This document shows, in pieces, positions 26,628 to 38,631 of a stretch of DNA of 57,486 bases (positions are counted from its first letter, which is position 1; every line of letters starts with the position of its first letter). Position numbers and translations under genes: made by a program. The notes under the pieces were generated by a model that saw only the letters and a list, made by a program, of their open reading frames with translations, had not been told where the DNA came from and did not search any database. This stretch comes from Nemertoderma westbladi (taxonomy: Eukaryota; Animalia; Xenacoelomorpha): positions 1 through 57,486 of the forward strand of contig JAUCBJ010008760.1 of NCBI GenBank assembly GCA_032718475.1. Reading direction: 5' to 3'.

Positions 26628-27295
26628 GCTTTGTACATTTCCATTTTCAATTTTTTTATATCATTCAGTCATTATACATATCGGTAGGTACAATTTTTGT
26701 TATATTATTAGCCTAGCCAAATATATATATATATATATATTATACTGTATATACTGTTTGTTATTGTATTATATTGTACTGTTTAGTGTATATTATATAT
26801 AGATTATATACATTTCCATTTTAATTTTTTTATATAATAATAATAATATTTTAATATTTATAAAGCGCTTATTTAAAAAACAAGTAATTATTCTAAGCGC
26901 TGATGTACGCTGATGCGCTGATGCGCTTATGTAATTATACATAGCGTAGCGGTACAATAGGCCCCTATATGTTATATTATTAGCCTTGCCCAATATATAT
27001 ATATATATGCTTATATGTTTTGAAATTGGAAAATAAGTTTTTATTTATATAATGTTGCAACACGCTTGGTGGTAAATGCCTTTGTTTTAATGCCGATATC
27101 GGCCGCGCTATGTGCCTATAATACTTACCGGACTGGAGGAAGTGCCGGTGCTGCAATTAATGACCAACAACTCGCGACAACATTTGAGTTTGTATATCGA
27201 CACAAGAGGAAGACAAGTTGATACCGTGGTATACGGTGTATATACCTGGATATATATTTTTGCGTGTGCTAACTAGGTCCCGTAACTCTTACAGT

Positions 27296-27413
27296 ATGGG
27301 TTGTACAATGAGTTCAGAGGAGCGGGCTGCGGTCGATCGTTCAAAGGCTATAGAGAGGGGTCTAAAAGAGGACGGCGCTCAGGCCGCAAAAGATATTAAA
27401 TTATTACTCTTGG
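27296..27413 (+). CDS. GNAO1: G protein alpha-o subunit, coding exon 1 (118 bp)
   Basis: [39 protein letters not shown](G). The MGC start is the myristoylation/palmitoylation motif. Donor gtgagt. Confidence 0.96.
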
Positions 27414-27484
27414 GTGAGTTAGGGATATATATATATGTATTATATTATTTGTGATTTGGGCGAATGAGTGGTTTCATATATTAT

Positions 27485-28440
27485 TATAACTTTTGTTGGT
27501 ATCGGTGAAAAAATTGGTAGGCCTATTGGTGAAAAACATCGAGACTTGAAAATTATCGCGAGTGAAAATATCGAGAGAAAAATATCAAGAGAAAAATATC
27601 GAGAGTAAAAATATCGAGTATATAAATATCGAGAGTAAAAATATCGAGAATAAAAATATCGAGAGTAAAAAAATCGCGAGATGAAAAATATCGAGTGCAA
27701 AGATATCGAGAGTAAAAATATCAAGTGTATAAATATCGAGAGTAAAAATATCGAGAGTAAAAATATCGAGTGTAACAATATCGAGAATAAAAATATCGAG
27801 AGTAATAAAATCGCGAGATGAAAATATCGAGAGTAAAAATATCGCAAGTAAAATATATTTTTATGGTAGGCCTATATAGCTAGTTTTTTACAAAAACAAT
27901 GTTTATTTTGGTTTCTATGGTACTATAGATAGTGTTTTCGTTAGTGGCTAGTGTTTCAGTCCAAAAATTATAGCTATTTTTGCTCTCGATATTTTTACTC
28001 GCGATATTTTTACACTCTATATTTTTACTCGCGATGTTTTTCAATGTAACCCTTTTGTTGGGCACAGCTTTGCAAAGTCGGCAATGACGTCCAGTTGAGA
28101 TCGAACTAGCGACCTCCGGGTTGGAAGTCTGACGCTCTAACCAATCAGCTAGTGGCTCGGCTAGGTATAATATAGACCTGGAAATTCTACCTGAATACTA
28201 CCGCTGTGCTCAACCCCGGGCCGTCTTTTACCACTCGCTTCAATAAAAGGATAGTGTATCCTGTATATTAACCATAAATTACGGACATAAAAGGTATCAG
28301 ATAGTATTTCCAGGTCTATCTTTTACCTGAGCCGCTAGCTTAATGGTTAGAGCTTAGACTTCAAACCCGGAGGTCGCCAGTTCTATCCCGCCTGGATGTC
28401 TTTGCCGACTTTATAAAGCTGTGACCAACAAAAGTTATAA
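27485..28440. mobile_element. Palindromic element whose two arms are outward-facing tRNA-like sequences, interrupted by a MITE
   Basis: 28052-28198 is the imperfect reverse complement of 28294-28440. Each arm has an A box (TAGCTGATTGG / TAGCTTAATGG), a loop gacttccaacccgg, a B-box-like AGTTCGATCTC, and ends in caacaaaagttata. Confidence 0.75.
27498..28051. mobile_element. MITE with arrays of aaaatatcgagagt, 8 bp TSD
   Basis: TSD CTTTTGTT at 27490-27497 and 28052-28059. Imperfect TIRs ggtatcggtgaaaaa / tttttcaatgtaacc. About 20 direct 15 bp units and about 4 inverted units. Confidence 0.8.
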
Positions 28441-29076
28441 TTATATATATATATGACGTATTGTAATTATAAACTCTAGTCTACATTGTTTAATTGAATA
28501 GGCCCCTGCCTAGGTAATTATTTAATCGTTGATATTAACTCTATAGTTAATTTCGATATTATTGTAACACAATGTGGAATTGTGATTACATTTCCATTCC
28601 ACGACAATTAAATATAACCTTATACTGGTACGGAGCTAATTTACGAATATCTTCTACCGGTATATAAATCATATAATAAATAATAGCTCTCAGTTTTTCA
28701 TATTCTGATTAAGTTTGTCGGCACTTAATAATAAGCTTATTGTTGTGTAGTATTTAGCAAAATTTATAAGGTTCATTCGAAAAATTTATCTTTCAATTGG
28801 GTTACTCAGATTTCTGGGATCAAATCCGTAAATAATTGCAGCAGAAGGTAATATTTCTTTAGTGTGGCGGTTCGTAGACTGAAGTGGGTGGTTTAGCAGT
28901 TTAGCGCGACAGCGACGGCGACACCCACCCACACCCTGTTGCAGAAATTACATCAAATTGCTCGTGAGCTGAAGGAAAATTGGCTCGTGTCAGCCCCCAC
29001 GTATCGGAGCCCGATACCCCGACTAATTTTAGTTGTCTAGGTAACAATAACTGTGACATTTGAAGGACTTAGATTA

Positions 29077-29662
29077 AGCCCCGTTCACATCCAACGGTGC
29101 GTGAGCGGTAAAGTAGTCTGGCGGTATTGAAGCGGTAAGCGAGCGGTATACTACCCGGAGCCCGTTCACACCCAACGGTGCCGTTGCGGTAACTGATTGT
29201 TTATCTGTGGACTGTGAATTCAACAGGAAATTACATTAATTGGTTTAAAGATGTAATATTATGGTTTTGTTCAGAAATGGTAAAAATGAGAAAGCGCGTC
29301 ACCGGGGGTTGAACCAGCGCTATACGTACGTTTCAGCCTATCAGGCCTCATCAATAGCGCTAACCAGTTCAGCCACTTGTCCCTGACATTCACTATCCCA
29401 CCTAATCCACTTCTATTGAACGAACAGGCAGTCTTAAGTTGCATATTAATAATTTTTAAATTTTTAATTTTTTTAATTAATTACAGTTGCATTAACAGCT
29501 CAACTCCAATTTAATTAATTGTTTTAACATTGCTTAAATGGGCTGCGGTGAACCGCGCGGTTTAGCGCACAACTACCTGTTGGGTCGTTCACAGTCAACG
29601 GTATACCGCTGGCCCTGCGGTACACCGCGCGGTGTACCGTTCCGTTGGATGTGAACGGGCCT
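29077..29662. mobile_element. PIF/Harbinger-type MITE
   Basis: TIR ag(c/g)cccgttcacatccaacgg / ccgttggatgtgaacgggcct, flanked by TTA on both sides (3 bp TSD). Confidence 0.85.
29282..29382 (-). ncRNA. tRNA-like Pol III unit with embedded minimal type I hammerhead ribozyme (core 29316-29361)
   Basis: Minus strand reads TGGCTGAACTGG(A box)tt-AGCGCTA-TTGATGA-GGCCT gat AGGCT-GAAA-CGTACG-TA-TAGCGCT-GGTTCAACCCC(B box)...TTTTT. Stem I is a perfect 7 bp, stem II 5 bp, stem III palindromic, with a GUA site. C3 is changed to U. Confidence 0.75.
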
Positions 29663-29949
29663 TTATGTATGTAGTTAATTGAATTTCATTACCATTTCCA
29701 CTCCACCCACAGTTCTTTTTAAATGAGACTGAAGTAATTTCCCGGTTGTTTTGTTGTTTCTCCGTTTTGTTTTAACCCTAGGAGTAGGAACAAATATAGC
29801 TTCCTACTGCTAGTGGTCAGCATTGCTTTTTAAGCAAACATTATGAACATTTGGTTCGAAAATTCTGGTTCAGTTACTGTGCTCACCACTTTCGGATTTT
29901 GCTGTGTCCAAAATGCTGTGTGTAACGTTAAACTGTTCACGAAAATTGA

Positions 29950-30670
29950 AGGAACTACATATGACAAGGTGTTAAATGGCCAATTTTGCAATTCTCGCTT
30001 CTGTATGAATGTGCCTCACACCGGTCTTGTATATTATAACCAAACCACGCCCGCCCTAAGTCATCAGCAAAATCTAGATCAGTTAGGTACTTGGCTGGAT
30101 TTCCTTGACTTCTGGAGCCAGTAGGTGGAGTTACCATCACCCCATCATCTATGATTGATGATCCAAGGACATGCATAGAACATAGTCAACCACAATTATG
30201 AATATGAATGGTGCAAATGTGTCTCCCTGGAGCCTGGAGGACGCCCCATAACACTTCAAATAGTTCTGTGTCACCATCAACAGTAGACACAAATGTTGTC
30301 GAACCATCGTATATGGATCTGATTCAGAAATCCCATATATGATGGAAGTATGCTGAACATACGTGAGCGAGAGACTGATTCAAAGGCCTTGAAGAAGTCA
30401 ACAAAGATAACTGCCAGGTGTCTGTCTTTCTTTTTTGATAACTCTTCAATTATCCTTCTAAGTGCCAAAATGGGCTCCATGGTCCCACGACCTTTACGGA
30501 ACCCATTCTGATTTCCACGGAGCAGTCTCTCAATGGGATCCCTGATGCGATTTAATAGAATTATATTATATATATCTTTGCAGCAATCTAGATCAACGAG
30601 ATTCCACGAAAAGATTCATAGAGTGTTAGCTGTTAGGTTGCCCTTCTTGGGAACAGGAACCATTTCTTTT
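29950..30670 (-). mobile_element. RTE-clade LINE reverse transcriptase fragment (degraded)
   Basis: Minus-strand peptides VPVPKKGNL, QNGFRKGR, ILALRRIIE, IFVDFFKAFESVSR and LTDLDFADD. Confidence 0.85.
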
Positions 30671-30974
30671 CGTTTCTTGTCGTGTCTTTTCGTCCCTTCG
30701 TTCTATATCGATATACGTTCTATGTATTATTTTGATAGGGTAAAATGCGACATACAACGACAATCTAACTGTAACTGTGCACAAATTGTTAAAACTACGA
30801 TGACCTCAGTTGTTTTCTATGGCGCTTGTGCCTTTTTTTGTGGATTCTCACTCGCCTTAAAAAATTTCACATTACCGGTAGGCCTATATACACATCTATA
30901 TAGCTCTACCTCGGAGTTACATATTTATAACCCCTGTATTAGTTTTTTATTGTATTTTTTTCTCCTTTTTTTAG

Positions 30975-31017
30975 GTGCTGGTGAATCTGGAAAGAGTACA
31001 ATAGTTAAACAAATGAA
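30975..31017 (+). CDS. GNAO1: G-alpha-o coding exon 2 (43 bp), P-loop
   Basis: Pyrimidine tract then ttag, GAGESGKSTIVKQMK, donor gtaagt. Confidence 0.97.
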
Positions 31018-31483
31018 GTAAGTATATAATTGTTGTACCTCTTATTTTCTACTATTTTTAGAATTTTGCTTAATAATATTATCATATTGACTATCTTACT
31101 CGAAAACACCAAATTTTTACTAAATTTTGAGAGAGAAAAACAATTTTAAGTACGCGGCTTTCCGTAATGGCAAATAACCTGACGGTACTGCGCGAATGCC
31201 CGGAAATTTTGAGACTTTATATCCCCATAGAGCCCATTTATATACCTTTGCAACCCCTGCTGTTCATTGGCATGGCTAAAATTTTGCGAGTTTTTACTAT
31301 CATGTAGAGTTCAATACGTGAGAAAGTTTGAAGGAATTCTTAAAATATTGGGGTTTAATTCCTAGATGATGTACCGGTATTCACGTTGAATTTCACACGC
31401 CTATACCGTTTCTGGTCTATATCCTGGAGATACGTACATGATATAATTGCCCCTTTAAAGTTATAATTACAATTAATGCTTAA

Positions 31484-31611
31484 GGTTGTAGGGTAGGCCT
31501 ACCCTAAGGTTTTCTTAATGTTTTACTATTAAACAAAATGTACCTTTCTAAGAGAACTCGTAAATAAAATTTCCATTTTTTTTTCAAACATTGTTAGGGT
31601 ACCCTACAACC
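31484..31611. mobile_element. Small MITE with TTAA flanks (Kolobok/piggyBac-type target)
   Basis: TTAA-ggttgtagggta ... taccctacaacc-TTAA. It ends about 20 bp upstream of the exon 3 acceptor. Confidence 0.75.
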
Positions 31612-31633
31612 TTAACTAATTAATTTTCCGCAG

Positions 31634-31778
31634 AATTATTCATCAGGAGGGTTATTCAGACGAAGAATTTTTACAGTTTAAACCGGTTGTCTTTAGCAAT
31701 ACAATACAATCCATGGTTGCAATGCTACGGGCAATGGAACATTTAGGTATAGAATTCGGGGATGGTGCAGACAGAGAT
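31634..31778 (+). CDS. GNAO1: G-alpha-o coding exon 3 (145 bp)
   Basis: Acceptor cag, [48 protein letters not shown], donor gtaagt. Confidence 0.96.
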
Positions 31779-34700
31779 GTAAGTCAAGTTTATATTGTTA
31801 TATATTTGTTACAATACAGAATAGAAGAGTGTTGCATATTTATACAATATTGTATGTATGTATACTTGTAGTAGGAATATATTGATCAAGTAAACAAAGG
31901 TGAGTATTCCAGCTTCCTTGTGGATACTTCTGCAATATGTTGACTTTGGCTTCTAATTCAAATAGTCAACCTTTCATTGAGGGGGCCTGCACTGCACTAG
32001 TTATTCATCATATATGGTTCGAATACTTTATCCCAGATTCTTTAATAAGACCCTAGTTAATAAATTGTTTAAAATGTGCAAATGAAGTAAAGGGCTCAGT
32101 TCCACAGACGTAATCTAGCAGGGATTACAGTATACTCTCCTTTATTACAACCCCCAATACACTCGTATTTTGACTTGATTGAAGCAAATCCCACCTGGGT
32201 GAATCCAAAACGTGAATGATCAATTACTGGATAAGAACCTGAACGTAACAGGTTACAGTGGCATGCGATCTAATTATAACAGTAATCTAGTCATTATCAT
32301 TAGTAAGGTTTCTTTTTGATCGCAATCAGCAGACATTTTGATTGATTCACCCGCCAAACCCACGCTAATCTCGTAGTCATCTAATAAACACGAGTTAACA
32401 ATTAGCATACAACCTGGTGGTATAATATCAGATATGGGGGGGGGGGGGGGGGGGGACTTTCGACGCATTAAAATGTAATCCCTCTCCAGGGGAAATTCGA
32501 CGCAAATAACAGCTGACTGATCCCAAAGGTAAATCTGTAACCATTTCTATTGACTTTAGTTTATTTTATTGTGGCTGGATAGAATAACGTCCCACTGTAA
32601 CTTGTTCCTTTCCATAAGTTGATAATTGAACATTGAGGCTGGGTAGTAATTCGCCGAGATGGAATTTGCGTCCAGTTTCCCCCCCCCCCCCCCCCCCCCC
32701 CCCCCCTGTCTGACTGTCTCAACAATAGTGCAGATAGGATGGGAAACTGAACGCAATAAAAATAAAAAATGAAAAAAAAATAAAGAAAGAGAGATTGCAA
32801 TCGGAATTCATATTGTAACCCCGAAGAATTAGGATTAGCCTGCTTTTTACAGCAGTTTCTTTGCCGTGAATGCTAAGGGCTGCAAACAGCAAACAATATA
32901 TCTATAAGGGCGTTTCTATGTGCATAAGTCGACAACCTAGTGCTTATTTACTAATTACAATTTTGTAGGAAAGGGCGATCAGTGTGGTTACTCCCCTATA
33001 AACGTAGAATTCGTGTTAATCTTCTTAATATGGAAAAGGTTGTGCATCATTGGGCTTCCGGGGTTGCATTACCTCCATGGGAATCTATAAATAGATTTAT
33101 GTGTCAGGTAACTTATTCATTGGAGCTGTTGTTAATTGTAACGTTGTTTCTTGGTTGGAGGGGAAGTGAGTTAGTTACGGGTACGCCCTTATACTAATGC
33201 TGTCGGGTTGTAGGTTGTTTACATACTTTTATGACCTGACCAGTTTCATAAATAACAAATAGAGTGTGTTGCGTCGCATATCAACCACATTCATCATGAC
33301 GCCCAATATCAGACACACCTGAAGTTTCCGTAATAAAATTTCAATTTTTCAATCATGGGAATAAATTATAATTACCGGAAGTTCTTTACATTCAAAAATC
33401 AAATCATAGGGACTGGGACACCCTTCATAGTGTTTGTGTATATAGTTGGTCCTGTCCTGTTTGCGTTGCAGCCAGATGTTTGGTGTGGGGGGGGGGGGGG
33501 GGGGTGGTGGTGAGGAAGGCGGACGCGGTTCTTAGATGATTTAGTGTTGGTCGCCTAGCAATAAGTCACGGGTCATTCATTCATAATACAACTTATCCCC
33601 CCCCCCCCCCCCCAGGCAACCTTCTTTGGATTTATTACACTACAACTTACTGTCTAGCCCACGACCAGGTTCCCAATCAGAATTGTTATCACGTAATGAG
33701 AGTAGATTAGATGGTATTCCTTGATATATTACCCAAGCTCCTCTTCCTTAAGCCAGTATTAGCCGTCAGAAACAAGTGCTGCGCGTGTAGTGCATATCGT
33801 ATAGTTAGCTCTCGTAGATAGTTAGTTACACATTGTACCAAGGCAAGCTATTGAGATGAATATCACCGGGCTTCCAATCCCTTGTGTCCTAGGCTGTGAC
33901 GGTAGCAAAAGTATATAGCAGGAACGTCGGCGGTTATGAGCTGCTAGCTGCCCCCTCTCCAGGTAGGTTAGCGCTCTGCATTTTCCCGTTCTCATTTAGC
34001 TAGCTCTTGTATTTATCTCAGTGTGTTGTGTATACGTGTGGAGACTGGGGGACCTTATTTCTGGTTTGTTTTATGTGAGGTGCGGTGCTGTGCAGGCTCC
34101 AGGGAAAGAAAGCATAGAGGTTTATTCGCCCTGGTTATGTGTGTCAGTGAATGTTAGAACCCTCAAGGTCTCAATTTGTCAAGCATCAGTTTTTATAGTC
34201 ATATTAATATCTACTACAACGATAAAGCTCCCTTCCAATTACCCAATGATGTGAATTTTAACAAACTCTTTAATTGGAGAGGGTTGGGTTACTGCGCTGC
34301 CGGTTGTGTATACCGGTACTGTGTGTGTTTACCGTGTTAGCCACAAAGAGTCAGTTTTTCAAGCATCAATAATTGATTCCTTGTAATAATACAAATCATT
34401 AGTAATGATACAATGCTTCGAATTTCCGAGAATAATATGAACTTTGTCCTAAACTGTTTAATTGAAACATAAAGGTGCTTGCCTATCTGCCGCCTTATTG
34501 GTGGGTAGCGGGATTATTCTCAATATTGGACGGACAGCTTGAATTTACATATGAGTTTATGTCTCCAAATATTGTGCAAGTGAAGAACAAATATGTGTCC
34601 TGCCTTGGGATTGCTTTACTGACGCCATATGGTTTGCCTGAAGACGTCGTTTGTGACGGCTCATTAGGAAATCTATTTCTGGCCCGATGTAAGTAATATA

Positions 34701-37066
34701 CAGCTCTACTGCTGCTATATACTATTGCAATACCGGCCCATGGAAACAAATAGAAAAGGTGACGTCACAATAATATTGTCAATTGCATTATACTCAAAGT
34801 AAATACGACGTGACCAAATATGAGCACCAACTCTCACTCCCTAACTTTTCTTCAAATCCTAATTATTCGTTTCCCTTTATGAGATAGGTCGGCTCCAGTC
34901 CTCCAGTCGTGATGATTTAATAATAAAATAAAATATTGAATATTTCTAGTCAGTGTTAAATGTAATAAATTTTCAATTTATGTTATGATAAACTGTAAAA
35001 AATTTGCCGCGATGGTTTTGTATGTGGATGTGTGGTCCTGAAAACGATATATTCATCTTGGTTTATTGGTTTCTTTCACTCAATCCATCATTACAGTTCG
35101 AATGAATCTGAGATTGATTTTACGAGTGAAATATTTTTAAGGATATATCAAGAACTATAATCACTTAATAATAATAATAACCTTTACCCGCAATAGGAGT
35201 ACCAGAAATATGTCTAAGATTGATCATAGGCACTTACAAATACTTGGTGCTAATGTGTTTTCCACTAGGTAAAGAGATCTTCATTGTTCCCAACCATGTT
35301 GGAAATTGGCTGTAGTGTACATACTCTATCAAACTGCGTATGCAATTAGATAACTCTTAACAAACTGTGTACCGGTAAGCAATATGAGGAAGCAAACTAT
35401 TTCGGACCCGCCCTACTTTATAATCTAACAGTTTATGAGATGGTTGAACGTTGAACTCTACTCATTAAATAACGTCTCGGATTGACTTTATCCTATTGCT
35501 ATGGGAGGCTGGTATGTTCCCAATCGGGCACTTTTTTTTCACCCTTAAATGAATTCCAATACTATTCACATAGTGATATTAATTTGTACAACTACAACTA
35601 GGGGCTCTGACTCCGCAGCTTAATGGCATGGTGAGATGAAATTCGCTTTTTCTATTGTATTACAGGCTCTGGTGTGTAATTCTTGTATTCAGCGACTATT
35701 GATTTTATTTTGGTACAACATTCACAGAGTTGAGGTTGTGTAAAAATGAAATCGATTCGCTGATTATTCGCCATTGTTCCAATATGTGAGTTTGACATTG
35801 TTGGCAGTCATTTTGGTGACTCCTTGTTTATAGCTAAAATATAATTGCGTTTTAGTCATAAAGGCCATGTAATCGTGATAATTATTACTTCTAGACTTGA
35901 ATGACCCCCGGTTTGTATAGTATCCATGGTTTAACTATTCTGGATAAATTCATTGGTTAATTGTTAATTTATTTACGAAGATTTTGCTTTCGTTTCGATT
36001 TTTTCTCATTCCAATTCCTGCAAAAGGACATTTTACTAATTCAATTACCTTGTTATTTTCGTTAGATTTAAACCAGACTGAAAGAAATCCGCGACCGTAT
36101 AGACTGAAAGCTACCGGCGCGGCCCGGTAACTTACAGATTAAGCTGCCACTGTCAGTGTTTGCCCAACATTCTTAAGGCTTTCTGCATTGGAACGTTTAT
36201 TAACTCTTGTGCCAGAAAGAATCCTACCTACACATAATAATGTTTTTTTTGGGACTGTTTGTCTGTATTATTGATTCGTCCGATATCAATTGGACCGTAC
36301 TAACTGTACTCACCATGTGAGTGTAAGTCTGTCTGTCTGTCTGTAGTGGGATGGCATGGGGGTGGGGAGTCACAGTCATTATATTTGGCCGAAGATAACA
36401 ATCTCCTCCCCGCTGCGCTTGGTCTAGGCCTAAACGCTTAAGTCATTAGTTTCGCTGATTGACGTTCTAAGTTGTGTAATACAATATTTCTGTGATTGGT
36501 TATGTAAATGTAATGTACTTCTTTTGCTTGTGGTTGGTTGGTGAGGCTTATATTTATGTACGTCAAGTTTCATCAGCTCTGGTTGATGGAGAAGTTATTT
36601 ACCCCCTATTTCCAGCTCAAACAATGGGGCATTATTTTCTGTGAGTGTGTGTGTGTGTGGGTCAGAAGCCATACTGTGTATCGGCAGCCAATGGGTAAAC
36701 CTTCTGACTCAGTCATGTCCCTGAAGACCAGGCAGGGGTTTCCCGCTGTACATCCCATCCCTAAGTTTTGGATTCAATCCCCGCCAATAATGTTATTTCT
36801 ATTTTTAAATTGCTACCTAGTTGTGACTTAATTACGGCTCTCTGTTTTAGACATCTTTATTTCACACTGCTAAATTAATCTGTGCTAGTAATCTATTAAT
36901 CTATTCCTCGGATATTCAACAATTTTAATCGGGATCGGGACTGGGATTGCATTTATCGCCGGATCCCTGTTTTTCCGGATCTGGATCGCGATCCCGTTTA
37001 AACATTAGAATTATTGACTTTTTCCCAAAACGAAATTGACTCTGTTTCCTTATATTATATGTGCAG

Positions 37067-37227
37067 GACGACGCGAAACTCGTTTTTGATGTTGTCGGTC
37101 GAATGGAAGACACGGAACCTTTCACCCCGGAACTTTGTGCCGCAATGAGACATTTATGGGCAGACGATGGAGTCCAGGCCGTATTTAGACGGAACAACGA
37201 ATATCAGCTCAATGACTCTGCCAAATA
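37067..37227 (+). CDS. GNAO1: G-alpha-o coding exon 4 (161 bp)
   Basis: Acceptor cag, [53 protein letters not shown](Y), donor gtgagt. Confidence 0.96.
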
Positions 37228-38631
37228 GTGAGTACCGTATATATCTATCTATTGCAGCTGTTTAGTGTTTATTTATTTAATTAGAACTGATGGGAAATTT
37301 TATTGTGAGCTTCTGGGTATGGTATAGAGTCATGCTCGAACTCTTAATCACATAGTATCGCTTGGTATAATTATTCCCCAAGAAATTAATTATTTTTACT
37401 TTGTACTTTTTTTTATTAATGCGATATTGCTAACCAGTTGTGCATTTCGGTGTAAGAAGTATTACCAATGTTGTAACTACTAATTACTTGCCGCATTATA
37501 CGTCTAGTGCATCATTTATTGGAATGGAATTGCAATTAAGCTTCGTTTATTTTCTACCATATTGTCATCACTACGCATCATATATTGCTGATCGGTAAGC
37601 ACAATGTGTAATTGGTGCGGCACCACAGAGAGCACTAACTACCTCAGTTGGCTCGCTGGAGTTATGGGATTGACTGGGGGGACCCATACTGCTAGCTAGG
37701 TGAATCATACACAAGATTGAGTCCAGTCCTGTACCAAGCTGATACCAGCTCAGCCTGCCGGCCAAGCTGGGCGGTTTCCTTCCTGTCTTATAGGTGAGCC
37801 ATCTCTTCTGTGATTGGCTGTGCGATTATCCGTATTAGGAAGCTGCTCTTGGGTTCAACCCCCACTAAATAGCACTGCTTACACTGCTCAATTCTGTAGC
37901 GAGTGAGTTGGCGTTCCCGCATCCCAGAGAAAAAGAGCCTCCTCCCAGAGCTCCAGGGAATCCTTGCTCTCAACCGCGTTGCTGGGGGCAACAGCTCCGC
38001 GCTGCGGGGATGGGGGATCTATTTCCTCGCTGTGTTTACTACCCATTAATCAGGTAGTTCGAATGTTACGCTGGGTTCTCAGTGGGTGGCACCTTCTCCA
38101 TGCCAAACACAATGTTTCTTCGTTCTTCCAAGCTTTTTCCACGACACCCCCCCCCCCCCCCCCCCCGCGCCTCCCTAATCAGGTCGTGGTTTCTATCCTT
38201 CTATATACTCGCACCGCATATATTATTGTTTCGCTTCGCTAATTATACCAAAGTTACTAATTACCGAGTTTCTCGGAATTCCCAACCCTTTGTGCTTCTC
38301 TGCGCGGGGATTCTTTGTTGGTAGTATTCGTTGCATCCCGGCCGACAATCCTAAGCTGTTCTGATTCATTCTGCTGTACCTGATAAGGCATGATCTACGG
38401 ATTTCCTTTCTCACACTTATACAATCGGTCGCACTAGTGGCCGGAAATCCAAAAACGAAGGCGTCCCAAATTACTGCATTATCGATAGTCCAGGATAGTA
38501 ACAAAGTCCATTGTCCTTGAGAAGTTGGAGAAGTTTAATTATTGATTGATATATTATTGGTGTTTTGGTGTGAACGTAAATTGCGGACATGCAGGGTATC
38601 AGGTAGTATTTGCAGATGGTTAGAGTGTCAG

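Noticed and set aside
27440-27847. Hydrophobic 135 aa ORF
   Set aside because: Translation of the 15 bp MITE repeats.
30533-30974. N-terminal part of the 162 aa ORF ending in GAGESGKSTIVKQMK
   Set aside because: Intronic read-in; only 30975-31017 is exon.
34630-34680. CTGAAGA-cgtc..gacg hammerhead-like start
   Set aside because: GAAA and stem III are absent.
37570-38250. GC-richer block with short ORFs on both strands
   Set aside because: No recognisable motifs; probably a repeat remnant, but I cannot support a call.
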